A DNA stretch of 62,549 bases, the filler included, from Rhabdomonas costata (Eukaryota), in NCBI GenBank assembly GCA_019059605.1. It is 38 parts of 38 records of this genome, joined end to end, with 100 filler letters (N's around TTAATTAATTAA, not from the genome) between each part and the next. Parts side by side here need not be neighbours in the genome. Positions count along the whole stretch, not along the records: positions 37,934 to 39,481 come from JAHMHO010013302.1; positions 39,582 to 41,129 come from JAHMHO010013303.1; positions 41,230 to 42,777 come from JAHMHO010013304.1; positions 42,878 to 44,428 come from JAHMHO010013305.1; positions 44,529 to 46,076 come from JAHMHO010013306.1; positions 46,177 to 47,726 come from JAHMHO010013307.1; positions 47,827 to 49,374 come from JAHMHO010013308.1; positions 49,475 to 51,019 come from JAHMHO010013309.1; 30 more parts are not named here. One strand, given 5' to 3'. Under the pieces are notes generated by a model, which was not told where the DNA came from, ran no database searches, and saw only the letters and a program-made list of their open reading frames with translations. This document shows, piece after piece, positions 38,723 to 51,019 of the stretch. Within the stretch, counting starts at the first letter, position 1. Every line of letters starts with the position of its first letter. Made by a program: the position numbers and the translations under genes.

Positions 38723-39588
38723 GTCTGCCTCTTTTCGCTAATTTTCAAGCCTTCCACCAGCCTGGGTATTTACTTGGGTGCTAGCTTTATGTCAGTATTA
38801 GCCTTGTGGCGGTGGTTGCATAGTTGCTGTTATGCCCGTTGTTGTTCACGACGCTGCCCAAGCGTCCATGGTTCTTGGTGCTCGTAGCCATCTAGTTTGG
38901 GCCAAACACAATACCTTTCCCTTTTCTGGCCGTTTTTCTTTTTGCTTTCATGTTTTCTTCTCCGGGCACTTGGTATATAGTCTCACCCGACCGCGCACCC
39001 GCGCGCAGAAAGAGAAGACAAAACAACAACTGTCAAGTGTCCAAAGTTCTGCACAAAGCACGGCAGCAAATTTGCAGAGAGAGAGAGAGAGAGAGAGAGA
39101 TGTCAATGGGGAGTGGAAGTGTGTCTGTGTGTGTATTGAAAGCATGGAGTTCGCAAGCATTGCAAGGTTGCAAGTTCTAACACCAACAAAGGAAGATGGA
39201 GGGAATGGCAACGGTCTACGGATCAAAGGACTCGAGGGGATGTCGTCAGCGTTTGCCGTTTGTGCTGCGTTTCGTGATTTCCTGATTTTATCCGGTCTTA
39301 ACTGGACGTAGTTGTTTTGTTCTAGTAGAGTATGTTAGAAATGCATGACAGGCAGCAAGCAAGATTATACCCTCACCAGGGTTCCAGTATACCAATGTTG
39401 ACAAACATATGTACACTTCTTTTAAAGTTAAGGCAAAACGGCTTTCCTGATTTCAGACCCCCCCCACCAAACACCCCACACNNNNNNNNNNNNNNNNNNN
39501 NNNNNNNNNNNNNNNNNNNNNNNNNTTAATTAATTAANNNNNNNNNNNNNNNNNNNNNNNNNNNNNNNNNNNNNNNNNNNNGTGGTGT

Positions 39589-39907
39589 TGTAGGCCCGCT
39601 AGCTTTATAGCTTGGTACACCATATTCCAGCAATTAAAAAAATTCCGCTCCACCACCGATTCCAGTTTGGTGAGCTTCCGATTCATCATTGTGAGCAGGA
39701 TTTTTTTTTAGAACGGAGAGCGACGGAAGAGCTTTGGACGAGGACGCTTTAGGACAGAAAATAGGACCGTCTAAATGACAACAGATCGGTCACCTCATCC
39801 CCCACAATGACGAATCGGAAGCTCACCAAACTGGAATCGGTGGTGGAGCGGAATTTTTTTAATTGCTGGAATATGGTGTACCAAGCTATAAAGCTAGCGG
39901 GCCTACA
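39589..39907. repeat. 105-bp inverted repeat (39589-39693 / 39803-39907, one mismatch), probable WGA fold-back chimera
   Basis: Direct reverse-complement match. The left arm begins right after the G/T tail at the contig edge. Confidence 0.9.
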
Positions 39908-40008
39908 GCACCAGTTCAGTGTTTGACATGGTTTCACAGCACGGCAGCCGCAGCATTGCGAGTGAAAGCCCGGCAGCCACCAAACCAGGCACGGTGGGGA
40001 AAGCACAC

Positions 40009-41086
40009 CGAGGCTGTCGTCGCGTCCGAGAGCGCCGCGTCAGACTTCACTCGAGTGAGTTCAATGGGCAGCAACTCCTTGCTCCTACTCAGCTAAAAAA
40101 AAACAGGCAAAAAAAAAGCTCGAACGACCCTCCTTCGGCAACAGGATCCATACGGAGAGTCTGTAGACCTCCTTCCAGAGGAAGCTCCCGCTTGGCTGGC
40201 GGGCTTACACAAGTCTCCAGACATCAGCTCAAGATTCTGCACAAGCCCTTTTTTGCCCTTGTTTTTTTTATTGATAGGGAGGAGTGCAGGAGCCCAATAT
40301 TCCAGTCTAGTCCTGTGCACAAAAATCAGCGTCACATTCAGCTGAACGGAATCTCAAAAGTGGTTCAGTGGCTTTTGCTGAACCATTTTTTTGATTAGTG
40401 CGACCTTGAATGCCTTGGTGATGCAAAATTCGAGGGTTTACGTGGGCGCGGTGGGGGGCAGTACGTCGCTGTCACTGTCGTTGGCCACAATCTTCACCGA
40501 GTACTGCTGGAAAGTGTCCCCTGTGGAAAAGGAGACCGAAGGACAGAAGGGGGCACCCTGCGCATCTGCATCGCTTCCAGCAAAGAACATTATCAGAAGC
40601 AACATCAACTGAACTGAAGTGGCTAACTCGGCAAATAACTCGGTCAGTACGACGTGTTGTGCAGATACCACGACTGCCCTTTTCCGTTAAGATGACGTCA
40701 CACAAAAAGTAGACACAGAACAATTGATTGGCTCAACGCTACCTAATGCAGTGGTGGTGGCCGGCTCACTGTCTGGCGATGGTGAAGGCCCTTCCCCCTT
40801 CTAACCCCGATGTCTTGAAGGGGGCACGGATGGTCTCAGGGGTGTGGGTTATGAAGAGAAATCGTCCGCTGGCGGTGGCATGAGACATGGGAATCGGGGA
40901 TCTCCGCAGCATATCCATATAGAGATGCACACCTAGGGCAGAGCCGCAGTCCAGGATGTCGTTGAGCTCGTCCAGGTGGTCTTCCCGGCTGCCGCTCTGC
41001 AGCAGGGTCCCTGTGGGGGGGTTCCGCACGAACTGCTCCGTCCGGCTGAAGATAAAGATCAGCCGGATGATCAGCGCCTGCGCGAC
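40009..41086 (-). CDS. Hypothetical protein, partial (weak similarity to the helical region of IRE/Rim15-type AGC kinases); exons 41086-40933, 40520-40442, 40084-40009
   Basis: Phase-consistent splice: VAQALIIRLIFIFSRTEQFVRN...DCGSAL|GDTFQQYSVKIV...PTAPT|SKELLPIELTRVKSDAALSDATTAS. The family hint rests only on RLIFIFSR..QF. Confidence 0.55.
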
Positions 41087-41269
41087 CTGCGAGCACAAGA
41101 AGGACCAACCCAAACCAAACACACCCACANNNNNNNNNNNNNNNNNNNNNNNNNNNNNNNNNNNNNNNNNNNNTTAATTAATTAANNNNNNNNNNNNNNN
41201 NNNNNNNNNNNNNNNNNNNNNNNNNNNNNGGTGGTGGGGGGAAAAGCAGGGGGAAAGGCGTGTAATCAC

Positions 41270-42218
41270 CTCAGGTGGCACGTAAGAGTGGTCTTGCTGG
41301 GGCCTTGGAGGGGCTGCGAGGCCTGCAGAGGAGTCGCTCAGCTTGACTGTCGTGGAGAGGTCCCCCAGCTTGAAAGTGTACTGCACACCTTCAGGCACCT
41401 TGCTCGGCTCAGTCTTTAAAAACCGGGTCACCCCGCCATTCACAGCCACACTTCACACCGAAGACATGCTTCGTGTGCCTTCATTTTCAGTAGGGGGAAG
41501 AGGGCTGGCGCAACTGTGCTTTCGATCAACAAAGTAAGATTGCGACCAGTCCAATGCACACCCCCTTGAAAAACTGGTAAAACAGCATAGTTCTATCCAA
41601 AATGTGGAACCGTGCCTCTGAAGAAGTTTCAACCAAAATACAGACAGCACAGTTCAAGTGCTCTGGGATACCAACTAGCTCGGTTGACAATATTTTTGAC
41701 GGTATACTTCTCAGAATAAAGAGGTTCTCTGCTATTTGCAGCACAGCGCAGAATTTTCTTCGTCTCCTCACCCCAAAAAACCTGTAGTCCTAGACTGTCC
41801 AAAACTTTGGACAAAAAAGGCATAAAAATGACTGCATCGTAAGTTCGCCAAACAAAAGTATCCACCACGATAGAAGACCGGTACTAGGGTTAGCCAGCCA
41901 TGCATGAGCCCCCTGGGACTCCACCAGAAGTTTTTGCACGGGGTTCGAAGGCAGTGGGTGTGAAATACGGTTGGGGGGCCATGCAAGTGTGTGATAAGAA
42001 TAACGAGTGGCAGGCTGGGTGACGAGGGAACCACACCGGGAGGGCCTTAAAGGCCTTTACGCCGAGCAGGTCGACACCCTCTTCCCCAGCGCCGCCCCGA
42101 CTGCGCATCTCCCTTCGCCACAGAATGTTCGAGGGCTGCACTCCAAGGTGGGCCAGCCCGTGGCTGTGCAGCCCTTCAAGGGCCCGCAGCAGCTGCACAG
42201 CGATATCGGCAATGAAAT
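41270..42218 (-). CDS. Protein kinase-like (Wee1-like) probable pseudokinase, partial; exons 42218-42037, 41398-41270
   Basis: IAVQLLRALEGLHSHGLAHLGVQPSNILW...|...YTFKLGDLSTTVKL...QDHSYVPPE covers subdomains VIa-VIII, with HRD changed to HLG and DFG to DLS. Confidence 0.8.
41560..41870 (+). mobile_element. Decayed dispersed repeat, probably pogo transposase C-terminus, intronic
   Basis: KMWNRASEEVSTKIQTAQFKCSGIPTSSVD resembles the DDE_1 C-terminal AWxxV...IxxSFKxxGI motif. DNA aligns to the reverse complement of 50850-51019. Confidence 0.6.
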
Positions 42219-43159
42219 CTGAAACAGGTAAAAGAGACAAAAAAGAAGGACATGGATTTGGTTTTATTCCAGCCAACATATTCAAGAAACAGGTGCTCAG
42301 GAGGATGCGGGGGTACCACTGGTAACCGTTCCTAGCGATTACCCTGTTTCCTTGCACTTATTTATAAAGTCGCCCCCAGATGATGTTCCCGCCCCCTCCT
42401 CCTCCAATTCACCTCCATGAGTTCATGAATAGTGTTCCTGACTCAGTCGTTTGGAGCGGACAGAATAAAACAGCAAACAGCGTTAACAGTAATGGGTAAG
42501 CGACAGTCCTGACCAAACAAAGAACAAGATTTCACGATGACCATGATGTTATTGTACGTGTGACCGCGGTTAGTGCGCGGCACCAGCATTCTCTTCTTGT
42601 GAAATGTACCTCTGGTGACTCATCCCTTCCATGCGTTTCCACGTGAAGAAAACGGTAACTGGGCGCATTGCATTGGAGCTCACACATTTCACCTAACCCT
42701 ATTCAAATTAAAAACATCATTTTTTGGACAGTTTTCTACTACCGCTGGTGACCGTTACCACCCCCACCCCCACCTCANNNNNNNNNNNNNNNNNNNNNNN
42801 NNNNNNNNNNNNNNNNNNNNNTTAATTAATTAANNNNNNNNNNNNNNNNNNNNNNNNNNNNNNNNNNNNNNNNNNNNTGTGGTTGTGTGGGTTGTGTTGG
42901 GTGGTTTGATTTTTATTGGTGGCTTTCTTTAGTCAGAAATTCTCGAATGTTGTTGTGCCTGTTTTTTTTTTACAATGCCCTTTCAATTTCCAGCAACCTT
43001 TTGGTGACCAGATATTTAATTGAATGTTGCAGGCGCTTCCGTGAACAAAACTTCTGTTTTGCCAGGGAGGAAGGCAAGAATGCACATTCGTCTCATAACC
43101 ACAGGCCCGAAACAAAATGAGTCAGTCCTCTACGCGCTGCCAAAAACGCGCGGGCGAAC

Positions 43160-43354
43160 GAGGAGGACCAACAGGACGTCAAACAATTTCAGCACTTGGG
43201 AAGGGACATTGACGATGCATGGGCAAAAGTGTGTGGGCTCAATGTATGAAGCGAGGTCTTTCACGCTGGCTTCTTCACCCTTCACGGTGGATCCGGTGGT
43301 GCCCGAGACGATGGGTGGGTTAAACTCGAACTTGAAAGGTAAGTCATCCATCAT
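43160..43354 (-). CDS. Probable first exon of a membrane protein (weak ion-channel S1-like hint)
   Basis: MMDDLPFKFEFNPPIV...CIVNVPSQVLKLFDVLLVLL|GTTCGC, preceded by ccttccacag. IVxxPSxxxxxFD recalls cyclic-nucleotide-gated channel N-termini. Confidence 0.4.
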
Positions 43355-43682
43355 CGACGGTTGAGGCAGCTCACAGCCTGTGGAAGGCCCAGGCGGGTAA
43401 CGTGAAGGTGAACAGCGCAGGGGATTTGAAAATTGAGGACCTGGGTAGGGCAAGGGAGCCCGTATTACCCATCTTACCGCTGGCACCCAACGATGGCCAA
43501 CAAGAATCCCGCTCCGGAGCCAGCGACCCCCGACCAGAAGCTGAGTGAGTCCGAGCAAGGGGGCTTCACGAGCCAGGGGTGCTGAGCGCTGTCGCGTGAA
43601 ATCCGTGCGGGGCCAGAGACGCAGCCAACTGCGAGGCGGTAGAACACTGGACCATAAGATAAAAGCATCCCCCTGGTTGCAG

Positions 43683-43756
43683 GTGTGTGTGTGTGCATGC
43701 GTGTGTGCGTGTGCGTGTGCGTGTGCGTGTGCGTGTGCGTGTGCGTCTGTGTGTGT
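43683..43756 (+). repeat. (GT)n/(GTGTGC)n microsatellite
   Basis: gtgtgtgtgtgtgcatgcgtgtgtgcgtgtgcgtgtgc... seen directly. Confidence 0.95.
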
Positions 43757-44528
43757 ATCTTGAATAACCCGAGGCAACATGAAGAAACACACGACACGGT
43801 GTGCGTTCGACACGAATTTCACTCCGACAGCAGTGTTTTGGATGGAACAAAATCTCTGCTGCGCGAGCGAGCCGCGCGCAGAACATAGAGCTGCCCAGAG
43901 GAGAGAGCGTACGACTCGAGACCTCTCTTCAACCTGCTTTCCCCTCTTAGCGGTGGGTTCTGCCAGGCCGAGCCCTTCAAAATGCCCTCTTCCCTTCATC
44001 ACTAGCTGCGTGCATCGGGGCGGCATGAACAAAAGCACACACATACACACACACACACAGAAACAAACGGTGCTGCCCGTTTACCCATGCGAAAGAAAAG
44101 GTCCAAGGGGTGTTCCCGCGAGAAAAGACCAGCCCCCCAAGGAAGGAGTGTGGAATCGCAGAGACCTGAGCCGCAATGGAGCAATGCAGGTAGCCGGTGG
44201 AAAAGTGCAGCTGCGCGACAATGGCCCGGGACCCGTGGGGCAGAAGGGAGGTTACCAGATGTGGAACGTTCGGTGGTGAGCCGATTTCGGTTCCCCACGG
44301 CACCGTTCGCCCCAACGGCACCTCTCGCGAGCACCCGTGGCCAACAGCGCGTGCGCCAGTCAGTCCACAGTGGTCACCACCAACCAGTCACCCAGGCAAC
44401 AGGCAGCGCGCAATGCGCCCAACCCACCNNNNNNNNNNNNNNNNNNNNNNNNNNNNNNNNNNNNNNNNNNNNTTAATTAATTAANNNNNNNNNNNNNNNN
44501 NNNNNNNNNNNNNNNNNNNNNNNNNNNN

Positions 44529-45330
44529 GCGTGCAAGGCCCTTGGGGTGCCCTTGTTGATCACGGAGACCGTCGCAAAGCAGGTGCGCTTCAGCTTCAAG
44601 TTGAAATAATGTTGTTCAGTTTGCTCTGTGTTTGGACGTTGGTGTTTGATGGAGAAGATCGGCAGCAATATTCTTTCTCCTTCGCATTTCAGATCTGTTG
44701 ATCCGACTGAGTTCCGCGCAATAAATGAAGGGAAACAACTTCCGTAGCAGAGGTGCAGCTGCCGACTGTAGCCAAGGAAACCCGTTTCGGTGTGATTGAG
44801 TTTCATCACTATTAGGATTCGGTGGTATTGGGTGGGTTGCGTTGATCCTGGACAGGTGCACAAAGGGCTGCAAGATACAAAATTGCTCCTGCAAGAGGAA
44901 GGGAGGGGAGATTCCTGGGCGAAACCGGGGGTTCATATTATTGTATGATGCTCACCAAGGGCGTCACATGAAGGAGGTTTTCTTGGCGTTCAAGCCAACC
45001 ATCATAGCTTGAACTATCGTCGTAACAACGCCATGTGTCCTCCTTTGGACTTTGGAGGAACATTGATCGACAATGTTATCGGGTTATTGCAAATATTTTC
45101 CATAATGTCATGCTTTACAGCTGAGGTCGTACCAATGAGCCAATTATTGCATTGTTTGCGGCGTTTGTGACTCAATGGGCAGGATGCGGCACAAAAATTG
45201 GAACCACCACAGGGCATGTACACCGGCCGAGGTTGAAAGGGCGCAGTGTCAGCAGGCCTGGAAGTTCGCAGGCCTTCTGCGTCTTTGCCCTGTGGTGTGA
45301 AGTAGTCCAGCTTCTGGTGCAGCGTCGTTG
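44529..45330 (-). mobile_element. Decayed Helitron PIF1-like helicase remnant
   Basis: Ordered, frame-shifted motifs NNWLIG, PGISPPFLL..PFVHLSRINA, HRILIVMKL, GERILLPIFSI and FNLKLKRTCFATVSVINKG match Helitron WLLxIG, GLPPHxL..PVMLLRN, TRLIV, GxxVLIPRI and FKRxQFP..AMTINKSQG. Confidence 0.55.
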
Positions 45331-48300
45331 CGTCCAGGATGGGGGCCCCCTTGTTGCATTGTGTCCCTCCGAGTTGCATTCTTTGCAGGTTGAATGCAGC
45401 ATTCAGTGCTTCCCTGCAGTAGCGCTGCGCTACGCTGGTCCTCGAGTGCTTCCGTGCTATCGCCCCTTGAACGAGTTCCCGAACCACTCCATCGACCAGG
45501 TTGCCATAACGTGGTTCATCTGTGGGGAAAAGGAAGACCGCCAAAACCCAACGCAGAAAACGCACCAGATCCCGAAACAGAAACAGCGCTCGACGGTCAG
45601 GTGAAACATGTCAGCACTCTCGAAATGGCTTTATTTTTAAATAAGAGGCTTGGTGACCTGTGCCAGTGTTCACTAGATGACCGTTTTTTGCTTAGCAGCT
45701 GAAAACTGCTGCTGGCTAAGGACTCGCCAATGGATTGGATACGGGTGGACGAGTAGTACAGCGTTCGTTTAGGAACGAAAGTCAGTGTGCGACGCGGCGG
45801 AAGCAGGCGGTGAGGGCGGAAACGTGACTTAGGGGCCTTTAACGACTTTTTTAAAGCAAGCTCCCACTGAAAGATTGTTGTTACCCTCCTTCTCTCGCGA
45901 ACGTCCGTTGCACCCGACGATTTTGATGAAATTTGTATGAAAGCGTGTCTTTGTAGCTGTGTCCGCCCTGTTATGCTGGAGGCCAAGACTCTGGGTGCCC
46001 TCGGCACAAATCAACGTGAGAGTGCTTCTTTTCCAATCAAAGGAGTGGATGTACCAACTGCACTCGCGGAACACACNNNNNNNNNNNNNNNNNNNNNNNN
46101 NNNNNNNNNNNNNNNNNNNNTTAATTAATTAANNNNNNNNNNNNNNNNNNNNNNNNNNNNNNNNNNNNNNNNNNNNCGGTGACGACAAAGAATACGACAT
46201 ATCCGCATAGATAAATGTGTGTGCATGAGTCCGAGGAACGGGGGGCTCGCGAGCCAAGTTTCCACACGCATTACATCAGATAAAACATCCTCCATGCCAA
46301 TCCATCAACAAATCTGTTTGTTTGTTTGTTTGTTTGTTTGTTTGTGTGTGTGTGTTTTCCCCGCGGAAAAGACTAGAACAAAATGCGTGAGCTCGGTTCC
46401 GAAGCCCCTAAATCACCTGTTTCAATGCAAAGTGGACCGGAAGAGGTCTCACTCACTCCTTGGTTACCAGGTGCGTGGGATTTCCTTTCCAGGATTCCGA
46501 ATGACTGGCTTTGCTTGATTTTGTGTCTCTGACACTGCAGCTTGTGAGTACAGCCTTCAAATTCTCGCAGTTCCATGCGCCACTCTTAATTGGGTGTTTT
46601 CTTAACAGTCATTAAATTTACGGACCGCAAGTCAGCAGTACGCGACCGGAGGGGTGGGAGAGCGAGAATATGTGCTGGTGGAAACGGTAAAAGGTTGCCC
46701 GGGCTCTTGGTTCTGTGTGGCCGCTGCGTATCTGGTCGGGTATACATGCCCTCGAACGGCTTTGAGGCTTCCGGAATGTGAATGTATTCACACGCACACA
46801 CTTTTGGGTTTGTAGGTGGGAAGAATTTCACCAAAATTCAAAAAATAAAAAGCAGCACAACATCAACAGTTCGACAACCTGCAGGAAGCGTACAAACACA
46901 CACTTGGTGAACTTGGCAAGGATGAGTTTTTTCTGGGGAGGACTCGAGGTCTACTTCCACTTACAAACACACACACACACACACATGGCGCGGTGTGCTG
47001 TGGCATGTCCTTGTGCTGCTTGTTCTGCACACCTGTTGGTGTTTTGGCGCGTTCACGGTGCTGTTCGTGCTGGACGACACGACGGGCATTGGGGTGAGAG
47101 TGTGCGCCGTGCCCATCCACACACACACATCTGGGTGTGAGGGGAAACCATTGGAACGGATAATGTCAGGCACCGAAGACGGCTCGAATCCATATCACGG
47201 TCTAACACGCTGGTCTCGATTAAACGTTGGGCTGCAGGCAACTTTGGCCCCCCTTGTTGGCCATATACTATCTAGCTTGCACAGCCCCACACCGCCACTA
47301 TTGCAAAGCCGCTTGTGGGTGGTCCCACCCCCCGGGCGGTCCCCGAGTGTGCTATGCTCCAACCGGCCTATGACATTTTTATATCCCTGCAAATTCCTTC
47401 CCGAGGCACGCCAACCTCAGGAGAAGCGGTGTCGGAGGTTCTTGTGCTTGGTGTGCCACAGGTGGCACTGGAATTGGTGGTGCAATCAATGCATCTGCGG
47501 AACCGCGCAACCGGGTCCTCCCCGCACAACGCGCCGGATCGCACTGCGCGCAGCACAAGAGGCACACAGATACACACCTCTATCCCACTGACCATCTGGC
47601 TCAAGAAGGAAAAGAGAAAAATGTGTGGCACATGCCCTGTATCGATTTTTTTGACTCAGGGATGGGACGGGTCACGCAAACGCTGCACAGCAGACAAAGG
47701 CAAAATTAAAGAAAGTTAGAAACACANNNNNNNNNNNNNNNNNNNNNNNNNNNNNNNNNNNNNNNNNNNNTTAATTAATTAANNNNNNNNNNNNNNNNNN
47801 NNNNNNNNNNNNNNNNNNNNNNNNNNTTGTTGTGGTGGATCAACGCCTGGCTTTTCCTGGGGGTCCTGGCCGGGGTTCTAATTCAGTTCTGAGCGGAATT
47901 CTGCTCCCTCCTCCTCTCCCTTCCCCTCTTCCCTGTCTTTACCTCTGGCCTTGGAAGAGAAGCCTGGAACACTTCTCATTCCCTGGCGCCGTGCTGCACG
48001 GTGCTTTTGTAGCGGCTGTGGTGGGGCCGACCGACTCGGCTTTTTTTCCTGTAATGGGGCAGAGATACTGCCTTTTCGCCAATGCTGACAGTACCGTATT
48101 TTTCCCTGGGTGCAATACTTCGGGGCCTTCTTTGCACCTGAACTTGCGGTGTGGAGCAGAACCTCATGTCCAGATGACTGGGTGTCTGTCGTGCTTCTTG
48201 CTGTGAATGATTGGACGTGCTGCTTGAAACCCTGGAAACCCAGAAAAAAGATCAGTTTTGTGAGGAGGGCAGTCTATCGTACAATCAAAGAATTGAGCAA

Positions 48301-48648
48301 TAGCAGTTGAAAACAAGAGTGGGGTACGGAGAATCGATAAGACTACGTGAAGATTAAGAAAGGACACGGAACAAATTTGTAGCGGTGGAGGAAAGCGAAC
48401 CATGGAAAGAGCTTCACTCGGAGGAGGTTCATTCAATACCCTGATAGGCAATTGTCACTCTCAGAATGCACAGAAGCTGGCAAAATTGTGTCGAAAATTG
48501 CGTTGGTGAGCATTTAAATGTGGATTCTGACGCTGCTTCGCATTCGCCATGAGCGGAGTCACCACCGCGTTCGCGTTCTTTTTCGCCTTCCACCGCAGGT
48601 CTTTTGCCGTTTTCTCAATCGCAAAAGCTGAAACACACAGTCTCATTG

Positions 48649-48801
48649 ATGTGGTCTCTGTCTCTGTGGCTGCTCCTTCTGCAGGGTGCGGCGGTGGCTC
48701 GGTTCAACGAGTACAAGCCTGGGCCTGAGCACAATGTTGTAAAAAGCTCGCTTCCCAGCACCTATCTCGAGCTGAGCTCCCTCCCGGATAATTGGAATTG
48801 G
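48649..48801 (+). CDS. CTSZ: Cathepsin Z/X-like papain-family protease, first exon
   Basis: Signal peptide, very short pro-region and VVKSSLPSTYLELSSLPDNWNW|GTGCGC (compare SPxPHxYLxxxxLPxxWDW of cathepsin Z). Confidence 0.7.
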
Positions 48802-49073
48802 GTGCGCTGTACGCCTTTCCTTTTTATGCTCTGCAAAGCCCCCCACCCCACCCCGACATTGGTTCGCTCACTTCTCCACCTTCTCAACCAAACCAAAAGC
48901 GGCCTCCGGCCGGGGGCGTTGGCACAAAAAGGGAACTGTTTTGCTCGTTATGTATGACTGGCATAACTTTCGCAGTGACCCTTTTTCTAGGGGACACAGC
49001 CAAGGCTTCCTAACTCCCTGCGAGAGAAATAAAAGCACACATCACTGGAAATGCCCGTCACGAATGTGCTCCA

Positions 49074-49374
49074 TCAAAGTGAGGAGTTTCCACACAAGTT
49101 GGCTCTCCACTGGAATTCCTTTACATATCCAGGCAAGTGTCCGTCAGGAACACCCCCCTTCGCCCTGATCCAGTTCTTCCATCTGCCCCAGGTTCCATCA
49201 ATTCCATTGGTTGAAATGGTGGCAGACCCGTGGCCCAGCATGTGCTGCGCACGAAGCCCAGCACAGTCATGAGCCCACCAGTAGGCCAAGAGGACGAACT
49301 GCTTCAAAGAAAGCTTGGAGCCCTCCAGAAGGCCTCCCACAACCGCATAGACCCTGGTACGGCACTTCTGGTCA
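49074..49374 (-). mobile_element. Internally deleted Merlin (IS1016/IS1595-like) transposase
   Basis: KCRTRVYAVVGGLLEGSKLSLKQFVLLAYWWAH (N-terminal FExSKLxL region) is fused in frame to STNGIDGTWGRWKNWIRAKGGVPDGHLPGYVKEFQWR (TNxIEGxW..K..HLxxYxxEFxWR). Confidence 0.8.
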
Positions 49375-50849
49375 NNNNNNNNNNNNNNNNNNNNNNNNNN
49401 NNNNNNNNNNNNNNNNNNTTAATTAATTAANNNNNNNNNNNNNNNNNNNNNNNNNNNNNNNNNNNNNNNNNNNNTGGGTTCTGCCCGTCACCCCTTCCGC
49501 AACCCCCAAGGGGATCCCAGCAAGGGTAGTGCACGTGCACGTGCCTACTTGGACTCCGAATTGGGACTCAGCGGAGGTTAAAAAGCGTTGTACCTGCTCC
49601 CTGGGACGCCGATATGGGATTCGCTGGGGGCCTACCTGGCACGTTGGGTGGCCAGAAGGAGGAAACGACTTCCTTGAGGCGTGGTCGCGCGCAATGGCGG
49701 AAGCGAATCTCTTTCTCTCTCATTCTCAAATTCGCATGCACTGCAGACCACACACGCCTAGCACTCATTCGGGGAACCCGGAGCCAGCTCCGGTACGCTG
49801 TCTCCCTTATCACTGGGAGACGGTCAGGAATGAAAGTGGAATAAAAATGAGGGCATAGACTCAAGCCAAGCGATGGCCTTTGCAAAAAGAAACTGTGTTA
49901 GTCAGTGCAGAGGTGTTCATAGAAAAGGGAACGGAGACACTCGCCATAGCAGGCTGGCCCTCGGAGTCAAAGCTGCTGCCGTCGACCCATGAAAAGGTTT
50001 TGGGGTAGCGGCAGCACCACCTGCAGGCTCTTGCCACTCCATAAGCTTCTCTTGGCTCACCGGGAGGGTGAGAGGAGAGAGCTTTTCGAAATGTTCGAAA
50101 AGTGTTTTGTGCATACGTGCCAGCCTAGTGGCATTCTATTGCGTTCCCAGGACTTCGATTGGAAACTCGTAACATTCTGAGTCTCGGGATGTAACTTGCC
50201 TTATTTCAAACAAAAATGGGAGAACAACACTCACCTGCCAACCACACTCGCAACCCAAGCAAAAGCCTTGACAGTTTCTTTCAATAATAACAGCTCCGGT
50301 TTAACATAGACTCCCATAGACTCCCGGTATGTGGTGCAATTACACACAGGAGTCACCGAAACAATACAACAAATCAATGCGTTCAAGTCTTACTGGAAGC
50401 TCTGGCAACCCATCCGAACTGCTGAAGGAATTCAAAGCCTGAGATATGAGAATTTCAGAAAAAAAAAAACTGGTGAAGGAGCGAGGGTGGGATCGATGCA
50501 GCCTCACTAAAACCCTTGGGTTCTGGGTAGATTGATATTTTTTGAACGGGGTGTGCTTGGCTCTGATTTTCGTGTATTTCTGTCTTCTTCGGCTGTGGAT
50601 GGAACCGTGCTTGAAGCAAACGGATCCTGCGGCCTGACTTCGTCGCCGAAACCGTGTTCCTGAAGAGCCCGGAAAAATGGTATTATGACACTCAATGACC
50701 CCACATGTGTGTGGTCCCCTTGGGATTAAGGCGGTATGATGTGAAAGAGATGGTCACATTTGCTTTTGGCTTTGCTTTGCTTTGCTTCCTTGCTTGCTTA
50801 ACACGAGCTCACCCCCTTTCAGGCTCACAGAAGCTTAAATTGCCATACA

Positions 50850-51019
50850 TCGCGGTGGACACTTTTATTTGGCAAACTTATGAAGCTCTCGTTTGGTGTG
50901 CCTTTTTATGCGGGGGAGAAAAATCTACACTGAGCTACAAAGAGGCGGTGACCTCTCTCTGTTCTGGAAAGCATACCCCCAAAAACATTGTCAGCCGAGC
51001 TCGTTGGTACCCCAAAACC
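50850..51019 (-). mobile_element. Second copy of the dispersed repeat at 41660-41870
   Basis: ggggtaccaacgagctcggctgacaatgtttttgggggtatg vs gggataccaactagctcggttgacaatatttttgacggtata; also taagtttgccaaataaaagtgtccacc vs taagttcgccaaacaaaagtatccacc. Confidence 0.7.

Noticed and set aside
43130..44056. 308-aa ORF with a HAHAHA tract
   Set aside because: It reads through a (GTGTGC)n microsatellite; only the last ~65 codons look like a real exon.
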